Below are positions 63,174 through 64,000 of a stretch of DNA of 64,000 nucleotides, piece after piece; the stretch's first letter is position 1; every line of letters starts with the position of its first letter. Location: assembly GCA_964428495.1 (NCBI GenBank), contig CAYRXY010000002.1, forward strand, positions 19,784-83,783, read 5' to 3'. Source of the stretch: an uncultured archaeon (GTDB lineage: Archaea > Aenigmatarchaeota > Aenigmatarchaeia > GW2011-AR5 > JAHLMP01). Below the pieces are notes generated by a model. It was not told where the DNA came from. It searched no databases and worked only from the letters and a program-made list of their open reading frames with translations. The position numbers and the translations under genes were made by a program.

Positions 63174-63287
63174 GGTTGTAGGAGGGAATATCCAGGGTTT
63201 ATTACTTACCTTTTTAGGTAAGTGTAGTACCGAAGTTCCTTCGGGATACTTTGGTACTTAGGGCTTTGGATCCTAGTTCCTACAGCC
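63174..63287 (+). ncRNA. candidate structured ncRNA, 114 nt, family unknown
   Basis: Four nested/adjacent helices read directly: 10-bp closing stem, 8-bp stem, 8-bp hairpin with UUUU loop, about 13-bp hairpin with UUCG tetraloop. 44% GC versus 26% in the flank. G-U pairs valid only on the + strand. Confidence 0.5.
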
Positions 63288-63320
63288 GGTTCTAAAACAT
63301 TTAAATTTTCTCTTGAAGAA

Positions 63321-63530
63321 ATGAGTTTTATGTTCGGTAATTTTATTCATAAAGCTAAAGAGTTTATTCGCCAGTGTAGAAGAGTATTGATGGTCGCAAC
63401 AAAGCCAGACTTAGAAGAATTTAAAACCTCTGTAAAAATAACTGGTCTCGGCTTTTTAGTCATAGGAATCATAGGATTTATAATATCCATGATATTTTTT
63501 ATAATTCAAAACCATATAGGTCAAGTATAA
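63321..63530 (+). CDS. secE: preprotein translocase subunit SecE (Sec61-gamma)
   Basis: EFIRQCRRVLMVATKPDLEEF then a single TM GLGFLVIGIIGFIISMIFFII. Precedes spt5, as is conserved. Confidence 0.85.
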   Translation: MSFMFGNFIHKAKEFIRQCRRVLMVATKPDLEEFKTSVKITGLGFLVIGIIGFIISMIFFIIQNHIGQV

Positions 63531-63539
63531 GGTGGGTAG

Positions 63540-64000
63540 ATGATAGTAGCAGTTAGAACTACAACAGGTCGAGAAGCAGCTGTTGTCGAATCATTAGTAA
63601 TAAGGGTAAAATCAAGATTGATGAAAGAACCTGATGCGGCTGACGAAGTTAAAATAAAGGTTGGTGCATTCAAAGGAAAAGAAGGAATTGTTAAGGAAAT
63701 AGATAGTGATACCGAAGAGCTTAAGATAGAGGTCAAGGATTCTGGTCAAATGATAACATTAGAGAAAAAGGATGTAGAGGTCGTTAAAAAGGCTAAACAA
63801 CCTATAAAGGCAATACTTCAAACAGAGGATCTCAGAGGATATATATTCATCGAGGCTGATGATGAAGATAAAATACTAGAGCTAGTTAAAGGTGCTCCAC
63901 ATATCAGGGGGCTGGTAGGTAAGGAGGTAAGTATTGATCAGCTCGAAAGATTCATAGTACCAGAAAAACAAACAATAAAGATAGAACCTGGAGATATCAT
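63540..64000 (+). CDS. spt5: transcription elongation factor Spt5 (NusG homologue), 3'-truncated by the window end, with an insertion in the NGN domain
   Basis: Not in the track (runs off the window). SD AAGGTGGG. MIVAVRTTTGREAAV..LRGYIFIEADD..VKGAPHIRGLVG NGN motifs. Open frame to 64000. Confidence 0.88.
   Translation, partial: MIVAVRTTTGREAAVVESLVIRVKSRLMKEPDAADEVKIKVGAFKGKEGIVKEIDSDTEELKIEVKDSGQMITLEKKDVEVVKKAKQPIKAILQTEDLRGYIFIEADDEDKILELVKGAPHIRGLVGKEVSIDQLERFIVPEKQTIKIEPGDI

Noticed and set aside
63174-63287. Assigning the structured RNA to C/D-box, H/ACA, SRP, RNase P, tRNA or 5S families
   Set aside because: There are no RUGAUGA/CUGA boxes. The only ACA lies inside the closing stem rather than 3' of it. 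No GNAR/helix-8 SRP motif is present, and the size and junction topology fit none of these families. It is kept as an unknown-family candidate.
1-64000. CRISPR arrays, tandem repeats, IS elements, toxin-antitoxin or restriction-modification/defence islands
   Set aside because: Reading both strands revealed no spaced direct repeats, transposase or integrase motifs, or cas-like genes. The only nuclease-like accessory gene is the DUF123 GIY-YIG protein.

Overview
AT-rich archaeal chromosomal segment. Hand counts of sample 60-nt lines give about 30% G+C in ordinary coding sequence. It is densely packed (about 100 genes in 64 kb) and dominated by information-processing genes. These include many archaeal/eukaryotic-type ribosomal proteins, RNA polymerase subunits N, F and P, Spt5, family-B DNA polymerase, the exosome (Rrp4/Rrp41/Rrp42), SBDS, Pelota, ABCE1, aIF2-alpha, aIF6, prefoldin alpha/beta, SecY/SecE/Sec61-beta, FtsY, diphthamide genes, a class II (B12-dependent) ribonucleotide reductase, one orphan 5S rRNA and six tRNAs. 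No CRISPR array, transposase, integrase or recognisable defence system was seen. GGTGA-type Shine-Dalgarno motifs precede many internal operon genes, and 4-nt ATGA overlaps are common. Conserved archaeal gene neighbourhoods (spc cluster, exosome superoperon, S19e-L39e-L31e-aIF6-PfdA block) are present but broken into small blocks and rearranged. Together with membrane-anchored regulators and many short orphan ORFs, this suggests (inference only) a small-genome, possibly DPANN-like archaeon. The most unusual signals are listed below.
- A tRNA-Lys(UUU) is interrupted by a roughly 49-nt intron in the D-loop. The same window encodes a 395-aa three-unit tRNA-splicing endonuclease.
- A 114-nt multi-helix candidate ncRNA lies upstream of secE. 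It matches no RNA family I recognise.
- The Spt5 NGN domain carries a roughly 58-aa KOW-like insertion.
- uS3 has been moved into the spc-type ribosomal cluster.
- A radical-SAM protein resembles tetraether synthase (Tes/GDGT-MAS), and there are two CDP-alcohol phosphatidyltransferases.
- An envelope module combines a surface protein, PadR and split MMPL genes, preceded by a perfect palindrome.
- A three-gene orphan cluster contains two proteins that share a motif.
- A dCMP deaminase gene next to tRNA-Gly is compositionally foreign (45-53% GC).
All family assignments rest on motif recognition by eye; no database search was run.
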